64,000 nucleotides of DNA from Entomortierella parvispora E1425 (lineage: Eukaryota > Fungi > Mortierellomycota), in assembly GCA_020891255.1 (NCBI GenBank), contig BQFW01000002.1, forward strand, positions 2,914,001-2,978,000. Direction: 5' to 3'. Shown here piece by piece: positions 1 through 10,500 of the stretch. The translations under genes and the position numbers were made by a program. Every line of letters starts with the position of its first letter. Position 1 is the stretch's first letter. A model generated the notes under the pieces. That model worked only from the letters and a program-made list of their open reading frames with translations. It had not been told where the DNA came from and did not search any database.

Positions 1-808
1 AACGGAAGCCTTGAACGTGGCAGAAGCCAATGGCGCCACAAGTCCTATCAGTCCAAGCGGTAGTTCCAGGAGCGTCTCTTCCTCTGCCGTGGCGGCCATT
101 CTTGCCACGGTAGAAATGCACCAGAGCCGTCAACAACAACAACAACAACAACAACAGCAGCAACAGCAAGCCCAGCAGCTGCAGCTGCAGCAACAACAAC
201 AACACCATCAGCGTACCCAGCATCGGCGCAGCCTCTTTGGAAAACACGGATTTTCTCACTACATTAATAGCCATGGTAGCAATGGAACAACATCCGCCTC
301 TTCTTCCTCATCATCTTCAAATGGAAGGCGGTCTATTGGCGCTCTCCTAGTCGTTCCAACCGCAGCTGCAGCCGTGGCGGGTTCAGCGGGCACGGCCATT
401 CCTCATGAACTACCACCAAAGATGAATCCAGGGCGTCGTGCCAGTGATGGAGGGTCGATCCTGTCCAGTGCAGCGGCCGCAGTGTCAAGCCACTTGGCTG
501 CTCGTCTTCCTTTCCACTCAAGCCATCATCAGCACCAGCAACAGTCCAATCATCAGCATTACGCATCGTCCCCTTCATCATCGACCGGTTCACAATCTGC
601 TCGGGGCGGGGGTCAAGGATCCTGCAAGCGGGTCGTCAAAGTCACCATGAATCAACAACAGGGAGCCAACTCGACCCTGAAGATGGTTCATCAACGATTG
701 GTGGCAGCATGGGAGGTTTATGAGCAGCAAGTTCTCCTTGAACGTCAGAAGCTACAGCAGCAACGGCAGCTAGAGGCCTTGCAGGCGTCTGCCAAGACTG
801 CATCATAA
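1..808 (+). CDS. 3' end of a gene starting before the window; low-complexity Q/S/H-rich C-terminal tail, product unknown
   Basis: Frame is open from the window edge to TAA at 806-808. It has a CAA/CAG poly-Q tract at about 130-200 and no recognisable catalytic domain in the visible part. Confidence 0.6.
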   Translation, partial: TEALNVAEANGATSPISPSGSSRSVSSSAVAAILATVEMHQSRQQQQQQQQQQQQQAQQLQLQQQQQHHQRTQHRRSLFGKHGFSHYINSHGSNGTTSASSSSSSSNGRRSIGALLVVPTAAAAVAGSAGTAIPHELPPKMNPGRRASDGGSILSSAAAAVSSHLAARLPFHSSHHQHQQQSNHQHYASSPSSSTGSQSARGGGQGSCKRVVKVTMNQQQGANSTLKMVHQRLVAAWEVYEQQVLLERQKLQQQRQLEALQASAKTAS

Positions 809-1080
809 ATAGTCCAATAAGATAATATCCCCTCGACTTCTATATTAATTTATATTATCTTTCAACATCGACAACATGTCCATCCTACAGGCAATCAAGC
901 TAGCGTGAGGGGCAAGAAGGTGTACATCACTCATGTGTTGATATTTCTCTGTTTATTCTCACTGTGGGGAACGACTGGGTGTCTCTTCACATCCCCACTA
1001 TACAAATAGACACGATGGTCAATTTGGCACAATATTTGAAGGCTGATTGGTCTCTGTTCTCGCAATTCGAATGTGCGGCA

Positions 1081-2984
1081 CTAATGATTCATGGTTTCTG
1101 GCCAAGGCATATGATCAAGCATTTCCTCCAGTTCTTTTGCCTCCCGCTCCAAAACCTTTCTGTTTCTTGTGAACTCCGAGAGCCCAAGGTCAATGAAAAA
1201 GAACCGAGAGTCTTCACCATCACGATTCACTACAATGCGTATCGGTTGAATGTCTCCATGCAGAATACCTTTATCATGGATGGCTGAAAGAGCTTTTCGG
1301 ATCTTGTCTCGATCCGAGGCATCCAATCGATCGTTCTCCAGGCGGTTTCCCATATATTCGGTTACCAGAATCATCTCCATGCCATTCAAGGTTCCGGTCA
1401 TTTGCATCCGAGGAATATAGCGCCCTTGTAGCCTCTTCAAAAGATGATAAGCCTTCTCTTCAGTCTCCAGCTCCTGAACACCGGTAGGCTCGTTCCACAC
1501 GTCCGCTCTCTTGACCATCACATCCATGCCTTTCCATGTAGCCCGGTGTGTACGGACCCCTTCTTCACCTATTGAGAACAGCTTCATGTTTCTGAAAACT
1601 GGGATGTTGATATACTCATACTCTACGTCCTCTCTCCATCTCCATTGCATCCTCCCGATTCGTTGCCGCGTCGTAGCGTCCTGTCCAATCCCATATCTGG
1701 TGAATATCATTACGAGCAAATCGGTTAGTTTTGTTCGAACTTCAAGAGTGAAAGAGCAAAACCTCGACTGCTTTACCTTGGTGGCCAGAAGCACCTGACC
1801 TCTCGCCTAAGTCTTTTGAAACCCCTGTTGGTTTGTTCCTTTGTGCGCACAAGTCGAGCCGTGCGGATATGAGAAATGTCCATCTTTCCATCCGTCAAAG
1901 CTGCCCTGACGAGCCACCAGTAGCACTGTCGCACCGTAGGCTCGGTACTGTCGTAAGGAATCGTGGTCGAGACCAGTAGCTCGTCGTCGACCTCTCCAGT
2001 GATCTTGAGAAACCAAGTCTGATTGTACGTCGACAGCATCCCGTATCGATGTCCATTGAGTTTCATGTACCCATAGATTTGGTTCAACGGACCAGCTGGA
2101 CCATGCGAGATGGACCCCTGTTGATGGTACGCTTCATGGAAACTGACACCGTCTGGCAAACGAAAGGCGTCCGGCATCTTGAAAGCAAGGGGGAACAATT
2201 CAGTGTAAGGGCCATCGATCCCCGTGCACAAGCAGACCCCGTCGGGGACGCCGCAGAGTAGCCCATTGGCATAGCTGATCCTCGGGAATGGTGGCAAGCC
2301 TTCCACAGATCCTATGTCGTTATTGAATATCCAGCACAACTCCAACTTGCTCCAAGCGACCCTGCGCCTGTAGAAAACTGGGCGTGCGTACATTGGTGTC
2401 GTGGCAAGTGACATTCCTAGCACGGAGGGAACAAACGTATCCCACGAGTGCACTTTGCGCGGGGTCAAAGGGAATTTACGAATGCTGTCTGGGAGTGTAC
2501 CGGGACTCTCTTGGTTCGCAACAATGATGTCAGGCGGAGGGACACGAAAAAAAGCATACTCTGAGAGAAGCCCTGTGACCGGGATATATGACGAAACGAA
2601 AAAAGGGAGAGTTAATAACAGCAATCACCGCTCATGAATCGAGGATGTCCACCACAATATCAGCAATGTCCACATACTTTGCCACCTGATAGCAATATGA
2701 AAGACGCCTTCTGGAGCGCCCAAAGGGAACAAAGTCAGGAGAGGAAGTGATAGGTTGAGCTTGTTGTCTTCATGGAGGCTGCTGAGGGCATCGTATTTTT
2801 CAGGTGTGGATTCAGTACTGAGGATGTTCACCTGCCAGAGAGTGAGGTTCTCCGCGGGTGTTGCAAACCCCATCTGAATATTGATAGCTTTCCTGAGCAG
2901 ACTAACTGTGCTTGTCGATAGGATGATGACAGAACAAACTTCCAAACGGTCGATAGTGATGCAGTTCAAGGTAAGGCTGGCCAT
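1081..2984 (-). CDS. Crinkler (CRN) family protein 1: ubiquitin-like CRN header + degenerate PD-(D/E)xK restriction-endonuclease-fold domain + atypical protein-kinase domain; exons 2984-2678, 2560-1777, 1696-1081
   Basis: The header MASLTLNCI...LTLWQVNI...HIAIRWQ matches the CRN N-terminal pattern (LxLFLAK-like and HVLVxxP-like motifs). Introns GTATGT..CAG (2677-2561) and GTAAAG..CTAAC..CAG (1776-1697) join three ORFs in frame. The middle domain has PDG...AFK...QIYGYM...GMLSTYNQTWFLK. The C-terminal domain has VMVK, HGD and DLG kinase motifs. Confidence 0.85.
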
Positions 2985-3330
2985 GGTGAAAGTGGAGCGA
3001 ATGAGGAATGGGGGACTGGTGGTAAAGCTGAAGAAAAGAAGAGAAAGGACGGGTGAAGGAAGCAAAAGCAAAAGAGGAGCACGGTGGACGTGCTGATTTA
3101 TTTCTCGCTCATTCCCACGTTTTCGCATCATGCAAATCGGGCAAAGATCCGGCTTAGAAGCATGGCATGTTCTTGTTTCCATGTCGAGGTACGGAGCAGT
3201 GTGTGTAGGAACAGGGTATGCCCGAGTGGTCATTTCGAAGACACTGTCAAGTACACAAGTCATGGATGGAAGCGATATGCAAGGTCACCATCCGAGTGGG
3301 TTGCCATCATTGCCTATTAAAACGTCTTTC

Positions 3331-3354
3331 TTTTTTTTTTTTTTTTTTTTTTTT
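3331..3354. repeat. T24 homopolymer (A24 on the minus strand) between CRN2 and CRN1
   Basis: Directly visible run. Confidence 0.95.
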
Positions 3355-3647
3355 GATCGCCATATGACTCTGTATCTATACCTATTGCCGCAGTGGGCTC
3401 GCTATCCGGAATCCTCCGGAGCTCTACCACAAGAATCAACATTTGAATGTCGGCAGACCACCATAGAAGACAGCGGTGTGCTCTCATAGATACGCGGGAA
3501 CAGATTTCTCACCCATTTGCACCTTGACCAGCACTAGTGATTGTCTGAACTCTTCGCTTTTCATAACGACGGCTGAGTGATGTTGAGATTTAGTTCTGTC
3601 CATCCCACGCTTTTTGCAAGATTTTATTACAGAAATCTTGGTAGCAG

Positions 3648-4827
3648 CTATCGTGCTCCAGACTCCCTTTGTTGTCTTCTGCATCGGGGGATCCCTACTC
3701 CCATGGACCTGAGCTGAACAGGTGATGGTTGGGCCATTCGGCCATCGTTGAAACTTTTTTTGATCAAATACAGGTAACATTGCTGCACCGTGGGTGCGAC
3801 GCCGTCGTTGTTCCAAGAGATCGTAGGTGAGACTAACAGCTCGTCGGAGCGCGCTCCCACAATCTTGAGGAACCATGTTTGGGTGCAGGTAGACAGGATC
3901 CCATACCGAAAGCCATTGAGCTTCATATACCCATAGATCTGTTTCAGTGGGCGAAGAGATCTGTGGCGTTTTTGGTACGCTGTAGGAAAGTCGACTCCGG
4001 CATCCAAATGTAAGACGTCCGTGGTTTTCACCTCAATCAAAAGCAAAGGTTCTCCGATGACATCGTCGGCGTCCCTGTAGCAGACCAAGTCTGGGATGCC
4101 ATACGGTATCCCAGTAGAAGGTGCGGTTACTGTAAATGGCGGTAGGCTTCCCACAGATCCTATATCAGCTATGAAGATTTCAACAAGGTCCGACTCCTTA
4201 AGAACCATCCTCCCCATTCGGAAATTTGGAGGAGGGTAGAGTGATGTGTTCCCGAGCGTCATCCCTAGGACCGAAGGAACAAATGCATCCCACAAGCGCA
4301 CTTCGCGAGGAGTCAGAGAGTATGTTCGATTACTGTCTCCACGCTGCTCCTGGTTCCTGTGGATGATATTCTTTAACTTGCAATGCACAAATCTGCTCTC
4401 TGATATAAGGCCTAGTTTGGGGATATTTGACCATGCAAGAACGACATAATAAGCGAATGAGCTGGAAACAAAGGTGAAGTTTACGAGAATAATCATCACC
4501 ATATTAAAAAATTCACATACGCTGCCAATGGAAGGCAATATGAATGGTTCCCTGTGCTGTGCCTTGTGGAAATAGAGACTGAACAGTACGCCGCAGATCG
4601 AGACGATTCGAATCATCGAGACTATCAAAAACGTTGTCTCTAACACCATTGGATGCAGCGATGGGAATGTTGACTCTCCAGAGCGTAAGATGCCTTGCGG
4701 GTGTTGTAAGCCCCATTCCAAGATTAATGTTATCCCGGAGTTGAGCAACTGTGTCTGAAGTAGGGCTGATGACGTTGAAAGTATTCAGCCTGTCGATATC
4801 AATGCATGTCAATGAAATGCTGGTCAT
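3648..4827 (-). CDS. Crinkler (CRN) family protein 2: CRN header + PD-(D/E)xK nuclease-fold domain with intact motifs, no kinase; exons 4827-4521 and about 4399 (or 4411)-3648
   Basis: Header MTSISLTCI...LTLWRVNIP...HIAFHWQ. A phase-1 GTATGT donor sits at 4520, the same position as in CRN1. The domain has E(SD)...GIPD...IEVK...QIYGYM and is clearly paralogous to CRN1 exon 2. Stop TAG at 3650-3648. Confidence 0.85.
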
Positions 4828-5217
4828 TGTGTAGATGATGATAAGGCTGAAGAGAAGAGAGGTCGAGAGCATGGAGGAGAGAAAAAGAGGTTAAGAGAAA
4901 AGATGGTACATATCACGTCCCGCGACTTATTGTCGCAATCAGTGGAATCTGGTCACATTCATCATCCACGAAAATCAGTTCATGGCTATCATTTGAATGC
5001 CTCGGCAATGAAAGAAACAGTTTGCGACTCTGTGGATACTCTATTAAGATCAGTAAGCTACACGCGTTCTCACTTCAAAGAGAGAGAAATGACCATGGCC
5101 ACAGATGCCGTTATTAATGAGGTACCTCCTGCTTTCTACAACTTTGTCTAATTCAATCTTGATAATGACAAGGTCAGCTCTGTTGTGATCGATAAGATTG
5201 TACCTGACGATCCTGTT

Positions 5218-7200
5218 TTATTTTAGGTGTTGGGATCGAAATCGACGAGCAAGCTCAGTCCTTCGTCGGTTTCGACTCTTGTAAAGTCTGCACGCGATCT
5301 CTGTCTCTCCACCATCGTCATCACTCTCATGCTCGGTATCAGCACTCTTGGTCACCCTCGTCATGCTCCTCCTGAGGGCACGAACGTGCTCTCCGTAGAC
5401 CCGATTTCTTCGAGGTCCAGCCTCCATATCAGTCAGAACAAACCCTTGCGCCTTTAGCTTGGCATCGACCTCTTGTGCCTTGTCCTCATCATGAGCAGGA
5501 TACTCTGTCCACTTTAGATTCATTTTTTGGAGAGCAGCTCGGCTCAACCCTTGCCTTTCCAGCTCGATCTGTAAAGGTCCTCGCACATCTAGGTTTCCAT
5601 CAAAATCCCAGACGGCATCCAGTGCCCTGTAGATGTACCAGATCAATTGGACGTCCTGGAGATGTTTAAATAGTGCCAACCGATCGTACAGTCTCAAGAT
5701 GTCGCCTGCCAAAGTAACTGAACTTTGTCTTGTCGTCGGGGGCACATCCAATTCCAAGACCCCGAATAGATCCCTGAAGGACCATTCGTCACGTCGATCA
5801 TAGTCCTCGCCATCATCCTCGACTTCCTCCTCAAGAAGAGGAGGCAGCAATACCATGGAGCAAAAATCGATCGCGTCCTGGTTTTGCTGAGCTGTGGGAT
5901 GTTCGTGGATCACCAAAGTTAATTTTTCGATTTTTGTTGCCATGGATCCTGTTGTCGGGTGCTGATGACCACGGTCCTGTGGTCGGAAGTCAAACAAATC
6001 CATGGTCAGTTCCTTCAAGTTCGGGAACTGGTTCAAAACCAGGTCGAGATCGTGGTAAGGGATCCAACAGTGGGTGCTTTCCAGTTCAAGCACTTCTAGT
6101 GTATCCTTTGAAAGAGCCAAAAACGGAATCGTGCGTGGGCGGTCATCACTGGGACGAAATGTCGTCGATGGCCCCCTTGGAGGCACTCGACCGATCGAGG
6201 CTGGATCCCGCAGGATAAAGTCGCATACACGGAGGGTCTTGAAAGCATACCCTTGGATGAGACGCATCTGTTCATTGGTTTCCCAAAATCGCAAGTCGAG
6301 ATTGTTGATGTCCGGACAATACTCTAGCAACTTGTCGGCAATAATTTTCTCGAGCGAAGGAGAGAGTCGCGTCAAATCCAGTCTGAACTCTTGTAGACGA
6401 GGACAGAGCTGTAAGAAAGGCAACAATCCCGTCAGGAGCTGTATTTTGCCAAATTCCTTGCCAAAGTGGAGTTGCCTCAGTCGCAAATAGGGCTCGATCC
6501 TGACCAAGGCCTCCAACGGTTGTGCCGCGTGAAGGAGAGCCCATTGACTGCTGCCATTGATCGCCAACCTCTCAATCGTATCTGGTAAGGAGTGAAGGGC
6601 AGCCCGTACACCTGGCCAGTCGAGGCCATGAGGGAAATCCAGAAGAAGGGTCGATAATGTCTGATGTTGGCGCAGGGCGTGAAGCATGCTCCCTGAAAAT
6701 TGTTGATGACTCGTCAGATGGGCCACATCCTCGTACTCAATCTTCAAAAAAGTCAACCTGACAGCGGTTCTTAAAAGTTCCTTAACCGCCACGGGGAGGT
6801 CATAATGGATGTTCGAATCGACTGCATCCCAATCTGGGTCTGAGCTGGCTAGGCGCCACCGTGCACCGCGAAGATCTTTCCAAGTCCCTCGACCTAGGCA
6901 TGTCAGTTCTCGGACGTTTCTCAGTCGACCGGACTTTATGAGAGGATGAAAGCAAGGATCATCGAGTGGAATGCTCAAGGTCCAGATATTGGTACATTGA
7001 CTTAAGAGTTGGTTTGGGTTCGTGAGTGTCAGAGAGGGCCTCCAATGAGCTTGGATTCGTCGGAAAGGATGAAATCCTGACCGCCAAGATTTTGAAACGG
7101 ATTGACAAATTTCAATCTCGTGTGGGGTGAGATACGAGGTAATCGTCAGGAGAATAAGATGAATGTCGAAAATTGAGACGTTGAGAGCAAGCGGTGTCAT
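5218..7200 (-). CDS. F-box-like protein with RNI/LRR-like body (lineage-expanded family), single exon
   Basis: ATG at 7200; the ORF-track extension runs through an A20 tract and is not credible. N-terminus IFDIHLILLTITSYLTPHEIEICQSVSKSWR is F-box-like, followed by Leu-rich repeat-like segments (LRLRQLHF, CPRLQEFRL, FPNLKELTM). Confidence 0.75.
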   Translation of the reverse strand: MTPLALNVSIFDIHLILLTITSYLTPHEIEICQSVSKSWRSGFHPFRRIQAHWRPSLTLTNPNQLLSQCTNIWTLSIPLDDPCFHPLIKSGRLRNVRELTCLGRGTWKDLRGARWRLASSDPDWDAVDSNIHYDLPVAVKELLRTAVRLTFLKIEYEDVAHLTSHQQFSGSMLHALRQHQTLSTLLLDFPHGLDWPGVRAALHSLPDTIERLAINGSSQWALLHAAQPLEALVRIEPYLRLRQLHFGKEFGKIQLLTGLLPFLQLCPRLQEFRLDLTRLSPSLEKIIADKLLEYCPDINNLDLRFWETNEQMRLIQGYAFKTLRVCDFILRDPASIGRVPPRGPSTTFRPSDDRPRTIPFLALSKDTLEVLELESTHCWIPYHDLDLVLNQFPNLKELTMDLFDFRPQDRGHQHPTTGSMATKIEKLTLVIHEHPTAQQNQDAIDFCSMVLLPPLLEEEVEDDGEDYDRRDEWSFRDLFGVLELDVPPTTRQSSVTLAGDILRLYDRLALFKHLQDVQLIWYIYRALDAVWDFDGNLDVRGPLQIELERQGLSRAALQKMNLKWTEYPAHDEDKAQEVDAKLKAQGFVLTDMEAGPRRNRVYGEHVRALRRSMTRVTKSADTEHESDDDGGETEIACRLYKSRNRRRTELARRFRSQHLK

Positions 7201-7571
7201 GGAAAAGTGATGTTGCAAGTAAATAAGAGAGTGGGATGAGATGGATGAGGAAAGAAGAAGGGGCTTGGGGGGTTTTATCATGAGAAAAAAAAAAAAAAAA
7301 AAAACTGGTGATACTCTACATCCGTGGTACAAATAAAACCATCGCTTCCATTATGAACGATGATTGTATAGTAGGGCGATTTTTTTTTATTGTAACGCGT
7401 TGCATGTCTACTCCTGCTGTACAGTTGCCAGTAAGGAGCTGGAGGCGCAAGGTTGTTCTTGGGCCGCAGTACAAGACATATGCATCAAAGAACTTCGTTT
7501 GCATTCTGAATTATTCAAAAATGGTATATTTGTTGAGTCCTACACTATTACAATGCATCAGAAAGGGATGG

Positions 7572-10500
7572 TCATTGTCGTTTTTTTTGTTGGATTCGTT
7601 GTATGATGTGGGATGTGTTTCCACTTCGAGGTGTTTGCTGTGGCTGTTGTTGTGGCTGTTGTTGTGTCTGTGACATTGGGTTGTCGCGTAAAGGAGGGCT
7701 TCGGATCGCGTTCAAAGTGATGAGGGACAGCTCAAGCTGCGAGAGCCACCTGTCATCTCCTCTGCCACCGCCTCCGTTGATGCTATTGGAAACCGTCCAA
7801 GGATCACTTTCACTGCTACCATTGCTGTAAACGCTATAAGAATAGCCATCACCAGGACCCTTGGGCGATGATACTGGGATAAACCCGCTGTGGATGTTGA
7901 TGTTGCTTCCATTACCGTTCTGGGCATGAGTGGTTGAGGTACCAAAACCAAGATCCATTGAAAGCGAAGAGCTGGAGGAGCTACTCGATCCGTTTGATAG
8001 AGTCGATGTCGTGGACATGACTGAAACACCTCGAGTCAACATTTTCCCTCGGTCCTTTTTGCGAGATCCACTTCCATCTCTGCTATGACCAAAACCATCT
8101 TCTCCACCGCCTTCAATCTTGAACTTCTCGATGTTCCGGGACAAAATGGAGTTTAGACGCTCGATCCAAGGCTGGGAAGGATCAAACATCTCAGGCCATT
8201 GAAATTCAATGATCGTATAGTTGAACAATAGCCCTCTCTCCACCGTCTTAATTGCCTCCTGCTTGAAATCCCGAAAAGGATCCACATACTGCTCGTTCTG
8301 GTTTTGGCCAGAGTGTTTCCCATAGTGTTGCCCATAGTGTTGCCCATAGTGTGCCTGCAGAAAATGACCTTGCCGACCGTCAGCAACCTTGAACCGCAGC
8401 AAAGTGTGATTCATGGCCAGAGCCTTGCCAAAGGCTTCTACATCCCTAAACGATCCTTCCAATCGATCGAAAACCAAAGATCGAATCGTGTTGTTCGAAC
8501 AGAGCCCTTGAGCTACAACATCAATGTCGGCACTGATAAAATAGAAGACCTGAAGCGTCTTGTTCATCAGGAAAAATCGCCTTAAAGCCTCCCGCGTCAT
8601 CTGTGCGGACGCTGTTGCCGATGACGGATAGATGGAGTGGGGTGCGTTGAAGTTCTGGTTCAAATTCAAATGCTGGACCGAAGTGTTGTTGCAGAGGGCA
8701 TTCAGGATCATGGTAATGCCCTGGTGTGTCAAGTGGTTGCTTCCGATATCAAGTCGCTCGATACTTGATCCTCCTGACTGTAGATCCTGAGCCAACACCC
8801 AAGCCGTTTGATCATCCACTCCTGTAGAATTCAGATGCAGGAATCGAAGGCTACTCCTGGGCGATCCTGCGACCCCATAAGGTGCCGGTGCCTGGGGAAT
8901 ATTTTGACGTCCTGGGACGACACCAAGAAGTGTCTGTGAGTTGTCCGACAAGTAATGCCCCGCAGGTATCAAAAGCCGCGATAGGATAGTGAGCATCTCG
9001 TTAGGCTTAAACAGTCGGACGCACCGACGAAGATCCAACTTGTTTAAGACACCCCAGTCCAGTAGGCTGATAATGTATTGCGCCGCGCCTTCTGAGAGAC
9101 CTGCATCCGAGAGTCGGAGAACCTTAAGCCTAGAATTGATGGCGATGAAATCCTGCGCTCGTAGCAGTGGGGGTTCATATGACTCTCTGGTTGCCGTCAG
9201 TGCACAGTAGTTAACCAGTGCATCTGGATTTTGGACCCATGGCCTGTCTGAAACTCCGGCGAGCTGAGTGGTTTTGATCATGGAGTTGACCAACAAAAAG
9301 GCTTCACCGGCGCTCATATCAAGATGACCCGACTGTTCCTCTTTGTGGTTGGATGTAGCGACTGTTGGTTTATAGAGTCGCAGATGAACCAAGGTTCGTC
9401 CTAGGCTCTTGATACCGCTTGTCGTCCATCCGTTGTTTGCCAAGTTGAGGAACTCCAGGCGCGGTTCGGGATCAGGACCAGAGTAAAAGGCTACGACCAA
9501 CTTTTCAAGCGCTTTCATAGCTTTATCCGCGAATCCCGTGCTCTCCAAATTCAGAATCGTCAGTTTAGGACCCATAGCCTCCAAAGTCATAGCCAATGCA
9601 TCGTCGCCAATTGCATTCGATCCCAGATCCAGGTGAATGATCGCCTTCTCTCTAGCCAAACATGCAGCAAGAAGCTTCCCTCCTGCAGGAGTGATACCGT
9701 TGTTGGAAAGGTTGATGCGGCGCAGGGTCTTTTGAAGATTATTCTGTTCGGTCAGCAGCATGACTCCTTCGTCTTGGATATTCATTCCCGGCACAATGAT
9801 CGATGTCAAGGAATGAAAGCTGGTCAAAAGCGTCTTCATGATAGAGTGCGAGCGATTCTGGGAATTGCTGCTTCTGATGTTCAGATTCATAAAATGGCTC
9901 CTCTCTGGAGCCGAAAAGTCAAGCGCACCAACGTTTTCAAGCTGCAGAATACGGACACTAAAGGTTGATGAGGCCGCGACTGGGTGGTTGGAAGCGATCT
10001 TGAGTAACAATGATGGGATATTCACCAGAGTCAGAGACTGGATCTTGGAACTGAACAGGACTTCGTACAAGGCATCATACTTTTTCCCAAAATTGATCAA
10101 GCCTGACGAGGATTCCGACTTCTGCCGGCATCCGTCCAGGGACAGAACAATGATCTTCGATTCTGACACCGCTTGGACAAACTTTTGGATATCGTTCTCG
10201 TTGAAGGCCCACTTTAGACCGATGTCGAGCTCATGAAGATTGTGGGCTTTCCCCATGATTTTGTACAGTTGGGCTGCATCCTGTGCAGAGTCCAGGCGAA
10301 TTTTAGCCCGACCAGTCTTAACGTCATACTGTCCTCCCAGGGCCCCTATCTCTTGCTGGAAGACGAGTTCGTTCTGCTGGTGGACCGTGGATCGATAGTG
10401 GCCGTCGCACACCCACTTTGCAAATCCACGGCTAGTCACAATTCGATAGAGGCCGCCGATGCTCGAAGTATCCTGAGGAGGAATTCGAATGTACGTCAAA

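Noticed and set aside
964-1798. Plus-strand ORFs (107 aa, 95 aa) antisense to the CRN1 kinase exon, and similar antisense ORFs over other genes
   Set aside because: Shadow frames of real coding sequence with no independent motifs.
1697-3708. CRN2 splicing (phase-2 AG|GTCCAT at 3708) onto the CRN1 kinase exon to make a full nuclease+kinase protein
   Set aside because: The donor is a poor match to the GTAAG/GTATG donors used elsewhere here, and it would need a 2-kb intron skipping a whole gene. Only junction reads could support it.
3331-4827. CRN2 as a retrocopy because of the downstream A24 tract
   Set aside because: CRN2 retains the intron shared with CRN1, no target-site duplication is visible, and homopolymer runs are frequent throughout the window.
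7201-7332. N-terminal extension of the F-box ORF (MYHG...FFFFFF)
   Set aside because: It is translated through an A20 homopolymer, and the paralogous pseudogene starts at the downstream Met.
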